From NCBI RefSeq assembly GCF_009914755.1, contig NC_060947.1: DNA of 64,000 nucleotides; one strand, given 5' to 3'. Both the position numbers and the translations under genes were made by a program. The first letter of the stretch is position 1. Each line of letters opens with the position of its first letter. The notes below the pieces were generated by a model. The model saw only the letters and a list, made by a program, of their open reading frames with translations, was not told the origin of the DNA and ran no database searches. The stretch comes from the human T2T-CHM13v2.0 reference genome, Homo sapiens. This document shows positions 36,130 to 62,329 of the stretch, in pieces.

Positions 36130-37033
36130 TGCTCTGGACTGAGTATTTGTATTCACCCAGTTTATATGTTGAAATCCTAACCCTCAAGGTAATGGTATTA
36201 GGAGGTGGGGCATTAAGACTTGGTTAGGTCATGAGGGTGGAGCCTTCATGAGCTGGATGAGTGCACTTGTAAAAGAGGCCTGAGAGAGCTCCCTTATCCC
36301 TTCCACCATGTGAGGACAGAGATAAGACAGCAGTATACAAAGCAGGAAGCAGGCCTTCAGCAGGCACTGAATCTGCAAATGCCTTGATGTGGCACTGAGG
36401 CAGGGGAATAGGGTCTGGAGGCAGGGAACCTAAGGCCGTTTCACACTGACTTCCTATAACTAAATTGAAAGGAAAATCCCAACTTTCCACGCCTAAGTAA
36501 CAAAAGGACCAGAAGCTACTCCCTTTGCAAACTCCCACCTTTTCTGAGGGGCAGATGGAAAATTGAAAGTACCTCTGATTGACTGCCGAAAGCATAGGAG
36601 TGTAACTTTGTAACATCACTTCAGCCTCTGATTGGTTGCTTTCTACAACTAATCAGACTGATTGGGGGCCACCACTTTATTTACATGGGGTGAACACCAA
36701 ATAGCTAATGGGAAACGTCTAGGGGGTATTTGGACCCCAGAAGATTCTGTATGGGGGCGCTTGAAAAGCTTGCTCGGCCCACTTCCACACTGTGGAGCGT
36801 GCTTTCATTTTCAATAAATCTCTGCTTTTGTTGCCTCATTTTTTCCTTGCTTTGCTGTGCGTTTTGTCCAATTCTTTGCTCAAAATGCCAAGAACCTGGG
36901 CAACTTAAAGTGAAAACCTTCTACCTGTAACAGGACTTCTTAGCCTACAAAACTGTAAGAAACAAACTTCTGTTGTTTATAAGTCTCCCAGTCTATGATA
37001 CTTTTGTTATAGCAGCCCAAATGGACTAAGACA
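36130..37033 (+). mobile_element. MLT1A-type MaLR LTR split by a MER51-like LTR
   Basis: tgctctggactgag...tatgttgaaatcctaaccc...ttgttatagcagcccaaatggactaagaca. Confidence 0.85.
36396..36932 (+). mobile_element. ERV1 solo LTR, MER51 family
   Basis: TGAGGCAGGGGAATAGGGTCTGGAGGCAGGGAACCTAAGG...caataaatc...TAACA. Confidence 0.8.
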
Positions 37034-37288
37034 TACCTTCAGGGCTAGGCATACCCCAGTGTAAAGACAGCTGCTACGGTATTATCATCCTCACTTTATA
37101 TGTGAGGGATGGTAGGCTCAGAGAATTTCAGTAATTGCCTAGTCTCGTGTAACTAGTAAGGGTTTAACAAGCTCCACTAGTTCGATGCAATTTGAGTCTG
37201 TGACAGTAAAAAGAATACACATGCACATGCACTTATAAGCAGGGTTTGCCACCATTTTACAAGGAAGCGAAAGAAATCCCATTTTAGG

Positions 37289-37598
<310 letters not shown>

Positions 37599-37692
37599 CT
37601 GGTCTGGGAGGCTGGAAAGAAAAGGTAATTTTCCAAATGTCATTTTTAGACTTCAGTAATTTATTAAATGTGTTTTTAAAAAGAGTTTTATC

Positions 37693-37862
37693 CTGGTAGA
37701 TGTGGTGGCACTCGCCTGGAGTCCTAGCTACTCAGGAGCTTGAGGCAGGAGGATCCCTTGAGCCCAGGAGTTCGGGTCTGCAGTGAACTATGATCGCACT
37801 TGTGAATAGCCACCGCTTTCCAATGTGGGCAACACAGGGAGAACCTGTGTCTGAAAAAAAAA
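37693..37862 (+). mobile_element. FAM (fossil Alu monomer)
   Basis: Monomer retaining the 7SL-derived tgtgaatagccac segment. Confidence 0.8.
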
Positions 37863-38084
37863 TGTTTACCTAAAGATATAAAGTAATATTTTATAAACCC
37901 TATGCTTCTTATAAAGGATCCTAAAGGTCTTTGTCCTGAAATGTTATAATCCTTCCTTCACAAAAAGGTAGAAAAAATATAGAAGTTACTGGCCTGTATC
38001 CAATAACAAGAAGAAAACCTGGAGGTGAAATAGAGGTGGCAGGTGGAGGGAGAGGGGACAGCACAAGTTGATGATGATTTCTCC

Positions 38085-38300
38085 TATGCCAGGCACTTTA
38101 CATAAATGATCTCATTTACAGGCACTTTACATAAATGATCTCATTGAGGAAGGTGCTATTGTCCCTTGCATTTTACAGATGAAGCAACTGAACCTCAGAG
38201 AAGTTAAGCTACTTGGCCAAAGTCACCCAGAGAATAAATGATGTCCTAGAGATTCAAATCCAGCTCTGAATTCAAAGTCATGTTTTGCCATTGCATTACA
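38085..38300 (-). mobile_element. MIR
   Basis: cattttacagatgaagcaactgaacctcagagaagttaag. Confidence 0.75.
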
Positions 38301-39324
38301 GTACCTTCCAGCCTAACTCATCAACATCTAATCTCCATTCCCTCCTGCTTATGTGACTGGACGTACTTGGAACTGTAATACAGAAAAAATAGTTCTGGGT
38401 CACTTGCTGTAACTTCAGCAAATGATTTGAAATTATCCCAGGCTGAATATTAACAGAGGCTTTATGTTGAACTTCTCTGAAGAGCTAGCTGACAAAACTG
38501 GCTCCCAAGCTACATATGCTCAGCTGTCTAGAATTTCCAGACTTGCACTGCATGAGACAGAAGACAAAGTAGATAACTGCCCCTCAGCACAACAACACTG
38601 CTAGCCTAGCCCCTAGTTCTAGCCTGGTCTAAATCCTTTACTACTGTTGGCACCATTCCCAGCTCTAGTCTTGGCTCTGGTCCATTCCCTGCTTTGACTG
38701 AACTTGGCTTAGTTTTTTTCCTCAGCCTACGCCAAGATTTTAAAACTTTTAGGAGCTAGAAGTGGCAAATGGTTAGAAAGGAAAAATCCTCTTTTATAAT
38801 TCTCTGTACATCCAACTCTCCATTTACCCACTCCCTTCAAGTTTCTCTTTATGGAGTTGCTTGGTGGAAAAAAAAGCCACCAATTTATAGCTTTAAAAAT
38901 ATAATCTATTTCAGTCTATGTGATTAAATATCCACCAAAATTCTTTATCCATAGAATTCACCATTTTCATCACATTTTCACACCAGCAGCACCATATCAA
39001 AGCTATCTATTGGTAATAACCTGGGAATTTTTTCCTCGTGACCATTTTATGTGTCCATTTTGATTCCTAATAAGCCACATTTCAAAAAAAATTCAAACAA
39101 GGTTTATGTCAGTTCTAAAAGGCTTTATAAGGGCAATAAAGGCACAGTTGTATTACTTTTTAACTCCCAGGAAGATATCAATACCCAGCATCCCAGCACA
39201 GCCTGCTGGGCTATGCCATTTTATAGCATCTTAGAAGATACCATGCTCTACTGAGGGGCCAGAAATTTCCCAGCAGTTCCTAGAGGGGCCTGCTGAATCA
39301 TGGAAACTAAATTATAACGTTCTA

Positions 39325-39590
39325 CTAATGATTCTTGAACTTTGGTTTGTATGAGAATCACTTAGGGTGCTTATTGAAAATGTAGATTTCCTTGGACCCC
39401 TCTCCCAGCGATTCTGATGGTATGATGTGGATTTAGGTAGGGGCTGAGGCCAGACAATATGAACTGAGGCTTGAAAATAACAAAGAATCAGAAACTAATG
39501 TGGGTGGGGGAGTGGGGTCTTAGGTAAGGCCTTGGGAAATCTAAATTTTTTATAAGTACAACAGGTGATTCTGATGGAGGTGGTCCAAAA
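39325..39590. mobile_element. MER5-like hAT relic
   Basis: agaatcacttagggtgcttattgaaaatgtagattt...caggtgattctgatggaggtggtcc. Confidence 0.65.
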
Positions 39591-39633
39591 TGTAGGCATC
39601 CAGTCTTATGCACTGATACGGTTTTAGGGGGGA

Positions 39634-39760
39634 TTTTTTTGAGACAGGATCTTGCTGTCTTGTCCAGACTGGCCTCAAACTCCTGGGTTCAAACCACTCC
39701 CTCCCACCTCAGCCTCTAAAATGGCTGGGACTACAGGCACATGCAACCACACTCCACTCG
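39634..39760 (-). mobile_element. FLAM monomer
   Basis: Single arm. Confidence 0.8.
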
Positions 39761-39957
39761 ACATGAGATTTTATCTACTAAAAACTGGTCAAAAACTGAT
39801 CGGGATATGACAGTCCTCATACAACAATGGTTTTGATTAATAACATGAGTGAAAACTTCTGTTCCTCATATTGGCAGCATTAGGCTTTCTGACTTCCATA
39901 CTACTTCAGTTTATTTTGCATCTGACTCAAAGCTAATAATTAAATAAACATGATTAA

Positions 39958-40270
<313 letters not shown>

Positions 40271-41221
40271 CTGCATAACATTTTATATGTGGTCATTTTC
40301 ACCAGCATCACATAGCACATTACATACTCTTTAGCAGAATTACTAGAATACCTTGAGAAAAGTATACAACTGAAATGTATTTCAACAAGTTTCTGGCCCT
40401 GGGGGTGGGAAGACGTGAAGAAACCTTCAGACAACTGAGCCCCACAAAGTTCTTTTAGTTTCTTTTAAAGTAAAATGACATAAGCTGAAATATGCAATTA
40501 TTTCCAATTTCTAATTCTCTTCCTCTTTCAGCAACAAAACAAGCAATGGACAAGAGTCATAACTTGTCATGACTGCAAATGGATGTGCATCTATACTTAG
40601 AGTAGAACAAAACAGATACAAAGTAAAGCATTTTAAGAAAGGATTCTAAGGGCAACATTAATTTTTTCCACAATATTAATTTTTCCCACTGACTTACAAT
40701 AATTTTCATGCTAGTAAAATTTTCATGCTAGTAATTTTATAAATGGAAGCACCTCACAAGGCAGTGGGTGCTGAGATCGTTGTCAAAAGAATGCAACAGT
40801 GCAGTGACAATGCTCTGGCAAGGCCCCAGAACATGCCAATCATGCTTTCTCTCTCACATGGTTAAACCGACATTACCACAGGAAGGAAACTGGTTTCAGA
40901 ACCTTACTAAGAATTAATTGTGGGTGAATTCACATTTCAGCCTTCAAAAAGCTTGATTAGACCACTAAGTTACTCTACCTGTTTAGCTTAAGAAGAACAG
41001 TTATGAATATTAAGTTAATAATACTGAATGATAAACAAAACACAAACGTCAAAATTTACTATGTCCAAGGCACATGCTTAATCTTTACAACCACCACCCT
41101 TTTAAGTAGGTACTATTATGTCATTCCCATTCTCCAGATGAGAAAACTGAGGCTTAGAAAAGTGAAGTAACTTGTCCAAAGCTGCTGAGGCCCTAGAACC
41201 TCACCCTCACTCTTTAAAAAA

Positions 41222-41505
<284 letters not shown>

Positions 41506-41544
41506 TGAGAACCTCACTCAAGTATTGTGCTAGCCTGCTTCTGT

Positions 41545-41960
41545 GCTGAGATACCATTTTCATAACATTGGACAAGCTTTGCTAAAAATTGATGTTGACA
41601 AGGAGAAACAGGAGTTCTCATAGACTTCAGGGATGTAAACTGGTATGAACATTTTTGAAGGCAATTTGGCAATACCTACCAAAATGTTAAATCTGTGTAC
41701 TCTTTGATCCATCAGGTCTAATTAAGAATTTGTGCTATAGATTTCTCCACAAAAGCATGCAAAGAGATAAAAAATGTATCGGCTAAGCGTTTTTTTGTAG
41801 TGTTGAAAACTGGAATCCCTTCAAATGACCATGACTACAGGAATAGTTATATAAATGATATACATCCATGCAATGGGAAATTATGCACACATGAAAGAGA
41901 ATGATTTATTATGAAAATATATCCAAGGATGTAAATGAACAAAATTAGTTAAAAATAGCT
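41545..41960 (+). mobile_element. Old L1M fragment
   Basis: gtaaactggtatgaacatttttgaaggcaatttggcaatacctaccaaaat. Confidence 0.65.
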
Positions 41961-41979
41961 GCACATTAGTATCTAGATT

Positions 41980-42095
41980 TTTTTTATTATACTTTAAGTT
42001 TTAGGGTACATGTGCACAGCGTGCAGGTTAGTTACATATGTATACATGTGCCATGTTGGTGTGCTGAACCCAGTAACTCGTCATTTAACATTTGG
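41980..42095 (-). mobile_element. Very short young L1PA (PA3/PA4-like) 3' end
   Basis: ttattatactttaagttttagggtacatgtgcac; TSD agtatctagatt. Confidence 0.9.
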
Positions 42096-42180
42096 AGTAT
42101 CTAGATTATAATCATCTTTTGTGTGTTTTTAAAGAAGTCATATACGCATATATAATAATTCAATAAAAATGTGATACCTG

Positions 42181-45720
<3,540 letters not shown>

Positions 45721-45871
45721 ATCTAATTGACTAGGGAATTAATAGATGTCTGTTCTGTTGCTCACTTGTTTTAATGCAACTTTTCCATTTGCTTCCCAAT
45801 GTACTACCAGTTTGCCTAACCAAATTCTTATTTCTTGATACCAAAAACAACACATTTTAAAAAACCCAGTG

Positions 45872-45978
45872 GGCCGAGTGAAATGGCTCACGCCTGTAAT
45901 CCCAACACTTTGGGAGGCTGAGGCGGGCGGATCACGAGGTCAAGAGATCAAGACCATCCTGGCCAAAAAAAAAAAAAG
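45872..45978 (+). mobile_element. Shortened AluSc (left-arm part + poly-A)
   Basis: gatcacgaggtcaagagatc; TSD aaaacccagtg. Confidence 0.88.
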
Positions 45979-46098
45979 AAAACCCAGTGAACCCAGAGGT
46001 AGAGAGGGTTTGGCTGACCAGGAAATTTAGGAAGAGGCATTAGAATATTTAATGAGGAGTCAAATTTAAATTTTTACTTTAAGTAGTTAAGAACATTT

Positions 46099-51750
<5,652 letters not shown>

Positions 51751-52168
51751 TTATCAGAACTTATGATCATTAATGTCACTAAAGTTGGTATACAGCCCCC
51801 CACGTCTAAATTTGACTGGCTTAAAAAAATTTTTTTAAAGAAATAACAATGAGAGGGACTTCCACTTCCAATAACATAAACTAGGTAATTCATATCAACA
51901 GTCTTTTTGAGGACAAGTAAAAATGCTTAGTAAAACAAGAAAAAAATCAATTTTCTTAAAAGTATAAGTTTACAAGATAGTAAGAATTATCAGGTCAAAA
52001 TCTAGGAAAAAAGAAAAACTCAGAGTTAAGATCAGTGCTCAAAGGCTCTTTTACCCTGAGGATATTTGCCATTTCCAAGTAAACAACAGGAAATCTGAGC
52101 TTTGTGTTTAGTAGCCTTGTTTGGCAAAGGAGACAAAAGTCAAAGCCTAGGGCCCTCCAAAAAGGGAT

Positions 52169-52274
52169 TTATGTATTTATTTTTTTAGACAGGTCTTGCT
52201 CTGTCACCCAGGCTGGAGTGCAGTAGTGTGATCACGGCTCACTGCAGCCACAACCTGAGCCACCGAGCCTGGCC
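52169..52274 (-). mobile_element. Internally deleted Alu
   Basis: Both termini present, TSD aaaaagggat. Confidence 0.85.
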
Positions 52275-52339
52275 TAAAAAGGGATCTTTAGCAAACTTTC
52301 CCCTTACTTTAAGATGGCAACCTTTACTCCACGTTTAAG

Positions 52340-53450
<1,111 letters not shown>

Positions 53451-53511
53451 AAGGGAAACATGAAGCAGAACTAAACCAGCACTTCCATTGGGTTTGCAGC
53501 CTACCATCTGA

Positions 53512-53948
<437 letters not shown>

Positions 53949-54199
53949 TGCTTCCACTTATTTTTACAAATATATTATACCACATAATCAAAGATAAACA
54001 TGCATACAACAAAATAAGAAAAGTATCTTTAGAAACAATAGCCAAAATAAACAGAAACAGATCCACACACACTCACACAAAATTAGATATTATGATTATC
54101 AAACACAGGCCATAAAATAACTATGCTCTCAATGTTCAAAGTAATAAAAATCCAAGCTTGTTATTTTTATCAGAGAACTGGCAACTAAAAGGTGACATA

Positions 54200-54965
54200 G
54201 CAATTAAAAGAAAATATGAATTAATTCCTGTATAACCTAGGAGTGGGAAAAACTTTTCTTATTGTGCCTTAAAATCCAGTAGCAATTAGGGAAAATAATC
54301 TATCACAAAGACACACTAAAAAAGTATGAAAAGATGTATGCATAAGGCAGGTATCAAAGCATTAAGGCTAATAGTCAAAGACTGGAAACAACGAAAATGC
54401 CTATCCACATGGGACAGGTTGAATTAATTATGAAGTATCCAAATAATGAATTACTGAGCAGCAATGAAACCACTGAGGAAAATAATAGGGAATATCTTTA
54501 TATACTACTGTAAAGTGATCTCCAGGATATATTTTTAAGTAAAAAAAGAAGCAGGATGGGTAATAGCTGGGTGCACTGGTGTGTGACTGTAGTCCCAGTT
54601 ACTCAGGAGGCTGAGGCAGCAAAAGTTGGAGGCCAGCCTGGGCAACATAGTGATTATAGGGATACCCGCATCTCTAAAAAAAAAAAAAAAACTAAAAGAA
54701 AGAAAGAAAAGTGGAGGAAAGTGTGCATACTATGCTATTGTTTTTAGAAAGGAAGAGAACATGAATATATTCTCTATAGATATAGATGTAAATATAAACA
54801 AACAGAGAAAAGGTTAGCTATAGTTACCTATATGAGAAGGGAGAGAAAGGTAATAGGATGGAAGAGACAGGGAAAGAAACTACCCTTCTCTGAGTACATA
54901 CTGTTTTGTAGATTTGACTTTGGGACCATGTAAACATTTATTTTTAAATAATATAAAATTTTAAA
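54200..54965 (+). mobile_element. Old L1ME fragment with FLAM at 54565-54690
   Basis: aaagactggaaacaacgaaaatgcctatcc...gatctccaggatatatttttaagt. Confidence 0.65.
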
Positions 54966-54969
54966 ACAT

Positions 54970-55320
54970 CTTCATCCATGTCCCTACAAAGGAAATGAAC
55001 TCATCATTTTTTATGGCTGCATAGTATTCCATGGTGTGCAAGGACAAAAAACCAAACACCACATGTTCTCATTCATAGGTGGGAATTGAACAATAAGTAC
55101 AATTGGACATAAGAAGGGGAACATCACACAACGGGGCCTGTTGTGGGGTGGGGGGAGGGGGAGGGATAGCATTAGGAGATATACCTAATGTAAATGATGA
55201 GTTAATGGGTGCAGCACACCAACAAGGCACATGTATACCTATGTAACAAACCTGCACGTTGTGCACAGGTACCCTAGAACTTAAAGTATAATGAAAAAAA
55301 ATACAAAAAAAATTTAAAAA
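54970..55320 (+). mobile_element. L1PA4/5-like 3' end with 5' inversion (twin priming)
   Basis: 54970-55037 is antisense L1, 55038-55300 sense L1 3' UTR with G-rich tract and A-tail. Confidence 0.9.
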
Positions 55321-55427
55321 AAAATTTTTAAAAAAACAAAAAAGTCAAAAGCAAATGAACCTGTGCATCATATTGGTAGCATAACCCATAAAAGTGAATT
55401 ATTTTAAGTAAATTTGAAATATAGTAA

Positions 55428-56425
<998 letters not shown>

Positions 56426-56497
56426 CTAAAAACTCATCTGACTTGTAAATATCAGTGTTAAAATGTGATGCATTTTCTCTTAAAAATGTCTTTGTCT

Positions 56498-56499
56498 AC

Positions 56500-56548
<49 letters not shown>

Positions 56549-56642
56549 TATATGTCTCTATATATATGTCTCTATATATCTATCTTTATGTATATCTATG
56601 TGTAGCAATATCTACATCTATCTACATACATATATACACACG
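56498..56642. repeat. Compound (TA)n/(GA)n microsatellite
   Basis: Direct reading. Confidence 0.9.
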
Positions 56643-56760
56643 TATTTTTGAACTCTGATCACTAAAATGGCCTAAAAGCTATGATGCACCCAATAACAGT
56701 GTACAGGAACCAGGATTCATTGGAGAAATGGTGATTCCATGTCTGAAGAAGAAAATGTAG

Positions 56761-58543
<1,783 letters not shown>

Positions 58544-58565
58544 TTATTTATTTTTGACAAAGAGT

Positions 58566-59548
58566 TGTAGTGTTACCAGTTGAGGGTGTCCTGTCCAGGT
58601 TCTTGGCGTTTTGAACAAATAATTGGACAAAAAAGGACAAAGCAAGGAAAGAATGTAACAACGAAAGCAGAGATTTATTGAAACTGAAAGCACACACCAC
58701 ACGGTGGGAGTTGATGGAGCAAGCGGCTCAAGGGCCCGGTTACAGAATTTTCTGGGGTTTAAATACCCTTTAGAGGTTTCCATTGGTTACTTGGTACATG
58801 CTCTAAGTAAATGAAGAGGTTAAAGTGAAGTTACAAAGTTATTTACTTAGTGTACACTCTATGTAAATGAAGAGAATGAAGTAAAGTTACAAAGTCATTT
58901 ACTCGGTGTGTGACCTATGTAAATGAAGAGGATATTTCCTGTCATAGCTGAAGTGTTTCCCTTTGATTTAGTTCTAGGAAGTCCTTAGGTTCCCTGCTTC
59001 CAGGCCCTGTTCTCCTGCCTCAGTAGGAGACCAGAATATGCCACAATAAAATATGCCTCTTTGACACAGGATTATTTTGAGTTTATTACTTTCAGAAACT
59101 GCAGACCTAGAAGTTCTGAAAACATAATAGTTATCCTTTTGTAAAGGAAATTTAAAGGAAATTTCCATTTATAAGGATCTCTCTCTCTCTTTGCTCCAGT
59201 AAGAGAAGGATGACTAAATCACTAGACATTCATCAATGGAGAAGTCAATGACTTAAATATGCATAACAAATCTTATCCTTCTTTACTGTACTTTTCCTGG
59301 GTACCTCACCATAACTGGCCTTGTCTGCACCCTTGTTTCTTTGTTTTAGTGTATGATAATATTTAAGCCAGAATTCAAAGCCACCTCTTTGAAATTTACT
59401 ATTTCTCTTGGTATCTCTTATGTATACATGAGGTATACATGTTAATAAACCTCCATTTGCTTTTCTCTTATTAATCAGTTTTTTACAGGGGTCCATCCCA
59501 ATTAAGAACTATGAAGTTTAGAGAGAAAATCGTTTTTCCTCCCCTACG
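58566..59548 (+). mobile_element. MER34-like ERV1 solo LTR
   Basis: TGTAG|GAGACCAGAATATGCCAC...ttttcctcccctac; TSD gagt. Confidence 0.75.
58571..59022 (-). mobile_element. MER51-family solo LTR
   Basis: Minus strand TGAGGCAGGAGAACAGGGCCTGGAAGCAGGGAACCTAAGGACTTCCTAGAAC; TSD gtag. Confidence 0.82.
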
Positions 59549-59746
59549 GAGTTCTTGTATAAAAATACATATGGAAATACATATAGATAAAAAGATATGG
59601 CATCATCTGTCACAGTCAAGAGGAACCTAAGAAGACATGATGACTAAATGTAATGTGGTATGCTGAATAACTTCTTGGAACATAAAAAGGACATTATGTT
59701 AAAACTAAGGAAATCTGAATAAAGTGTGAAATTCAGTTAATAATAA

Positions 59747-60717
59747 TGTCAGAGGCACTCGAACCAGAGTGACTCCATCTTTAATAGGTGCTGGGTAAAA
59801 TAAGGCTATGACTTACTGGGCCACATTCCTAGGAGGTTAGGCATGCATAGTCACAGGATGAGATAGGAGGTCGTTATGACATGTACGTCATAACGACCTG
59901 TACAACATACAGGTCATAATGACCCTGCTGATAAAAAAAGAATGCAAAGGCCGGGCACGGTGGCTCAAGCCTGTAATCCCAGTACTTCGGGAGGCCAAGT
60001 TGGGCTGATTGCTTGAGCTCAGGAGTTCGAGACCAGCCTGGAGAACATAGCGAAACCCCATCTCTACTAAAAATACAAAAATTAGCCAGGTATGGTGGCA
60101 CGAGCTACTTGGGTGGCTGAGGCAAGAGAATCGCTTGAACCCAGGAGGTGGAGGCTGCAGTGAACCCAGATCACGTCACAGCACTTCAGCCTGGGCAACA
60201 AAGTGAGATCATGTCTCAAAAAAACAAAACAAAAACAAAACAAAAACACAGTGTGATAAAGAAGCTGTCTGAAACCCACCAAAACCAAGATGGTGATGAA
60301 AGTGACCTCTGGTGGTCCTCACTGCTCATTACATGCTAATTATAATGCATTAGCATGGTAAAAGACACTCTCATCAGCGCCATGACAGTTTGCAAACGCC
60401 ATGGCAACGTCTGGAAATTAACCTATATGGTTTTAAAAGGGGAGGGAACTTCTTCTCCGGAAATTGTCCCCCCTTTCCCGAAACCTCATGAATAATCCAT
60501 CCCTTGTTTAGCATATAAGCAAGAAATAACTATAGGTATACTCAGTCAAGTAGCCTGCATTGCTGCTCTGCCTATGGAGTAGCCATTCTTTTGTTTCTTT
60601 ACTTCTCTAATAAACTTGCTTTCACTCTACTCTGTGGACTCTCCCTGAATTCTTTCTTGCCCGAGGTCCAAGGACCCTCTCTTATGGGTCTGGATCGGGA
60701 CCCCTTTTCCGGAAACA
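59747..60717 (+). mobile_element. MER41 (B-like) solo LTR with AluS inserted at 59949-60248
   Basis: TGTCAGAGGC...gaaccagagtgactccatct...taataaacttgctttcact...ggatcgggaccccttttccggaaaCA; TSD ataa. Confidence 0.88.
59912..59924. promoter_or_regulatory. Perfect estrogen response element GGTCAtaaTGACC
   Basis: Exact match to GGTCAnnnTGACC; function untested. Confidence 0.55.
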
Positions 60718-62329
60718 ATAATATATGAATACTGACTCACTAATTGTTTAAAAAAAAAAAGTACCATACTAGTGTAATACAATAATAACAGGAAAAACTG
60801 GGTTTGCAGTATATGGGAATTCTCTATATTATCTTCTCAATGTTTCTGCAAATCTAAAACTGTTCTAAAATAAAAGTTTATTTTAAAAAAGATACGATAT
60901 ATGGGATTGGTTGAAAATAACCCAGGTCAGACACAGCAGGGAAAATAAATTAAACAAGAGTGGCCATGAATCAATTACTGTTGAAGCTGGTGATGAGTAC
61001 AAAGAGGCTCATTATACTATTTTCTTTTTTAAAACAGTGCCTTGCTCTGTTGCCCAGGCTGGAGTGCAGTAGTGCCATCTCAGTTCACAGCAGCCTCAAC
61101 TTCCTGGGCTCAGGCAATCCTCCCACCTCAGCTGGGACAACAGGTATGCTCCAACATGCCTACCTAATGTTTTTAAAAAAATTATTTTTAGTAGTCAAGA
61201 GTGGTTGCTCAGGCTAGTCTCCAACTCCTGACCTCAAGCAATACTCCAGTCTTGGCCTCTCAAAATGTTGGGATTACAGGCATAAGCCACCGCTTCTGGC
61301 CTATACTATTTCTTTATTTGTTTATGTTAGACATTTTCCATAATAAACATCAAAATAGATATATCCCAGATTTGCAAAAAAGGAAGAAATAGAAATTCTA
61401 GAACTAAAAAGTACAATAACTGAAAATAAGAATTCAGTGAAGCTCTTCCTCTTCCACTTCCATTTCCTTTTCCCTTTCCTTCTCATCCTTCCATTTCCCT
61501 TTCTACTTTCCCTTTTCTACTCTCCCTTTCCTTTCCCTTTCTTTTTCTTTCTTTCTTCTTTTTATTTATTTATTTATTTGAGATGGAGTTTTGCTCTTGT
61601 TGCCCAGGCTGGAGAGCAACAGTGCAATCCTGGCTCACCGCAACCTCCACCTCCTGTGTTCAAGTGATTCTCCTGCCTCAGCCTCCTAAGTAGCTGGGAT
61701 TACAGGTATGCACCAATACACCCGGCTACTTTTGTATTTTTAGTAGAGATGGGGTTTCTCCATGTTGGTCATGCTGGTCTCAAATGCCCAACCACAGGTG
61801 ATCTGCCCACCTCGGTCTCCCAAAATGCTGGGATTACAGGCGTGAACCACTGTGCCCGGCCTTCCTTCCCTTTCTTACTTTGCCCTTTTCTTTCTGAATA
61901 ATTCAGCTCAGAAGACATTAAAAGTGATGAAGAAAAGCAGGTTTCTGAACTAGGCTTAAGGGAAGCTATGGTGGCTCAAAGCAGGGTGTTTCAGCCAGAT
62001 CAGAGTGAGGAGGGTGGACCGGGTGCAGTAGCTCACACCTGTAATCCCATCACTTTGGGAGGCTGAGGAGGGTGAATCACTTGAGGTCAGGAGTTCAAGA
62101 CCAGCCTGGCCAACATGGCAAAACCCCATCTTTACTAAAAATACAAAAATTAGCCGGGTGTGGTGGTGGGCGCCTGCAATCCCAGGTACTCGGGAGGCTG
62201 AGGCAGATAGAATTACTTGAACCTGGGAGGCGGAGGTTGCAGTGAGCTGACATCATGCCACTGCACTCCAACCTGGGCGACAGACTGAAACTCCATTTCA
62301 AAAAGAAAAAAAAAAAAGAAATATGAGAG

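Larger units (their letters stand above)
59600..60890 (+). mobile_element. L1MC 3' end hosting MER41
   Basis: gacatgatgactaaatgtaatgtgg...ctaaaactgttctaaaataaaagtttatt. Confidence 0.75.

Noticed and set aside
37693-37862. 7SL RNA gene or pseudogene
   Set aside because: Lacks the S-domain; fits FAM
55144-55166. G-quadruplex motif
   Set aside because: Ordinary G-rich tract of the L1PA 3' UTR, not locus-specific
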